Below, piece by piece: positions 17,800-19,327 of a stretch of DNA of 19,327 nt (the first letter of the stretch is position 1; every line of letters starts with the position of its first letter). The notes under the pieces were generated by a model. It worked only from the letters and a program-made list of their open reading frames with translations, ran no database searches and was not told the origin of the DNA. The translations under genes and the position numbers were made by a program. Origin of the DNA: Chlorokybus atmophyticus (taxonomy: Eukaryota; Plantae; Mesostigma and Chlorokybus algae); assembly GCA_009103225.1 (NCBI GenBank), contig RHPI01003603.1, forward strand, positions 1-19,327. Direction: 5' to 3'.

Positions 17800-19327
17800 G
17801 GAGTAGCTGCCTGGCTGTAGGGAAGCTTCTTGTTGGAAGGGCCTCGTGGTGCAAGGGTGAGGGGGCGGTGTGTTGATTGAATCGGAGGCGCCCTTGGCTT
17901 GAGCTAGGAAGTCTATGGTGAATGTGTTGAGGCATTTTGTGCACCCTCTTGCACCCCGAGCATCAGACAGAGCTCAAGCGAGACCACATCTGCAGAGTCT
18001 GTATGGTTGGGAGGAGAATCAGGTCCTTCGCTATCTCCTTCCATTAGGATCCTGATTCAAGCTGATATCGAAATAATACCTCTTGTGGTGGTGTGGTGCG
18101 TGAAGCTTAAGGATTGTGAGTTGAAAACGTGTGCGTTTGGTGAAAGCCCCAAGCGTTACGACGATGGTTTGTGAAGTTGGGGGAGGGCATGGGCAGGGGG
18201 GGTTATTGAAGTCACGTGATGTGCTTAGTATAAGGGGGATTGATAGAAGAGGTGAGGAGCGTGAAACGCCAACCCACCACGTTTGTTGACTCCACCTCAG
18301 CACCAACAGCGAGGTGCGTGCACTTGTTCGGAAATTTTCGTCTGCTGTTGAGTGGGATGTGTTGGTGTTGGGCTTTGGGTTGCGTGGGGGTGACATGGTC
18401 AACCTTCGTGCGCTTCCTCTCGTGCTGCACGGAGAAGGTGGGGAGGGTGGGAGGGTGGGAGGGTCTTGCATTTCTGTTTCTTGGGAAGGGGTGGTGGTTT
18501 TGTGTGTTGACGGGGGGGCGGGGGGGGGGGGGGGGNNNNNNNNNNCGGGGGGGCGGGGGGGGGGGGGGTCTTTGTCCCAATGGTCCTCCATCCAGGAGTG
18601 AACTGCTGAGGCGAGGCTGAAGAGGGAGATTCTTCCCACCATCAATTTGCTGGGTTTAACTGGTGCACTGGCTGTCCACTCCATTAGGTCCGCCCATGCT
18701 TGTTTTGGTTGAAGGATGTGGGTGTCACGTAAGGGGAGGAGTATTGGACGAACCAGAAAGAGGGTGGAGTGGTCTTTCCTCCTATCACCCGGATTGCTGA
18801 GAAGAGAGAGGACTCTAACTTCATCTCTAGCTCATCTTCGACTTCCACTCCTGCCTGTTGAAGTGTGAAGTGCAGGATTGAGGAAGCGTGATGTGGGGGT
18901 GTGGTAGTGAGGGTGGTAGCAAAGGTCAGATCGCCCTTGTTCTTAATTTGCTTCTGTCTGTAAGAAGGAGTGAGGGATTGGGAGTGGTGGAAGAGGTGAG
19001 TGGCTTGTCTAGCGCAAGTACTATTGGGATCAGTTGTGCCGAGGCCCACGGGGTTTGTCCCGGTAGATGTCCAAGCGCTGCTGTGATCATCACAATGATT
19101 GCAGCTAGGTCTTGTTCTTGAGAGTTGCGGGGTGATGGGGCTGGGTTGGGAGGGGAGGTTTGTGCTGCTCCAGTGTGTGGTGGTTGTGTGAAGGGGAGGC
19201 ATAGAGTTTATCTTCTGGCACCTCCATCCAGGCAGCGTGCTTATCTTCTTTCGCTTCATGCTCCTCCATCATGTCGCACCAGCGGGAGGGAGAAGAAAGC
19301 ATGGGGTGAGGGGCACTTTGCGCGCGG
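17800..19327 (-). pseudogene. LINE ORF1 remnant
   Basis: Long broken ORFs (18684-19259, 18031-18684) sit directly upstream of the APE start. They are Pro/Thr/Ser-rich, with a degenerate CxxC (GCTKC) near 17940. The call rests mainly on position. Confidence 0.55.
18512..18568. repeat. G-rich tract with a 10-N gap, inside LINE ORF1
   Basis: Direct reading; N at 18536-18545. Confidence 0.9.

Larger units (their letters stand above)
10557..19327 (-). mobile_element. Degenerate non-LTR retrotransposon (L1/Tx1-like LINE); 5' end lies beyond the window; interrupted by three insertions
   Basis: Order on the minus strand: Pro/Thr-rich ORF1 remnant, APE endonuclease, RT, post-RT region, zf-RVT, C-terminal W..RN-like motif, ORF2 stop at 10739, short 3' UTR. 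After removing the insertions, ORF2 (17776-10739) is about 4.25 kb. Many stops and frameshifts. Confidence 0.92.

Overview
Eukaryotic, intron-containing DNA. Intron style and LINE type suggest a streptophyte green alga, but that is inference only. The window has four parts. (1) 1-3100 is an AT-rich spacer with (CT)n, poly-G and several loopless palindromes. (2) 3102-7410 (-) is a roughly 14-exon gene for a secreted, bacterial-style multidomain protein: PQQ-dependent glucose/sorbosone-dehydrogenase beta-propeller, PKD domain, Ig-like PDHE(Y/F) module and ConA/DUF1349-like domain. It carries several frameshifts and splice lesions, so it is a probable pseudogene and a horizontal-transfer candidate. 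(3) 7900-10100 holds unidentified spliced gene remnants on both strands around a 54-bp GC-rich palindrome. (4) ~10560 to the window end is a decayed L1/Tx1-like LINE (-) with ORF1, APE, RT and zf-RVT. It is split by three nested insertions: a 666-bp solo LTR (TSD TTCAY), a 1604-bp non-autonomous CACTA-type element (TIRs YACCGGTAGAAATGG, TSD GGT) and a probable 501-bp solo LTR. An assembly gap lies at 10129-10523. All calls come from manual reading and translation; no searches were run.
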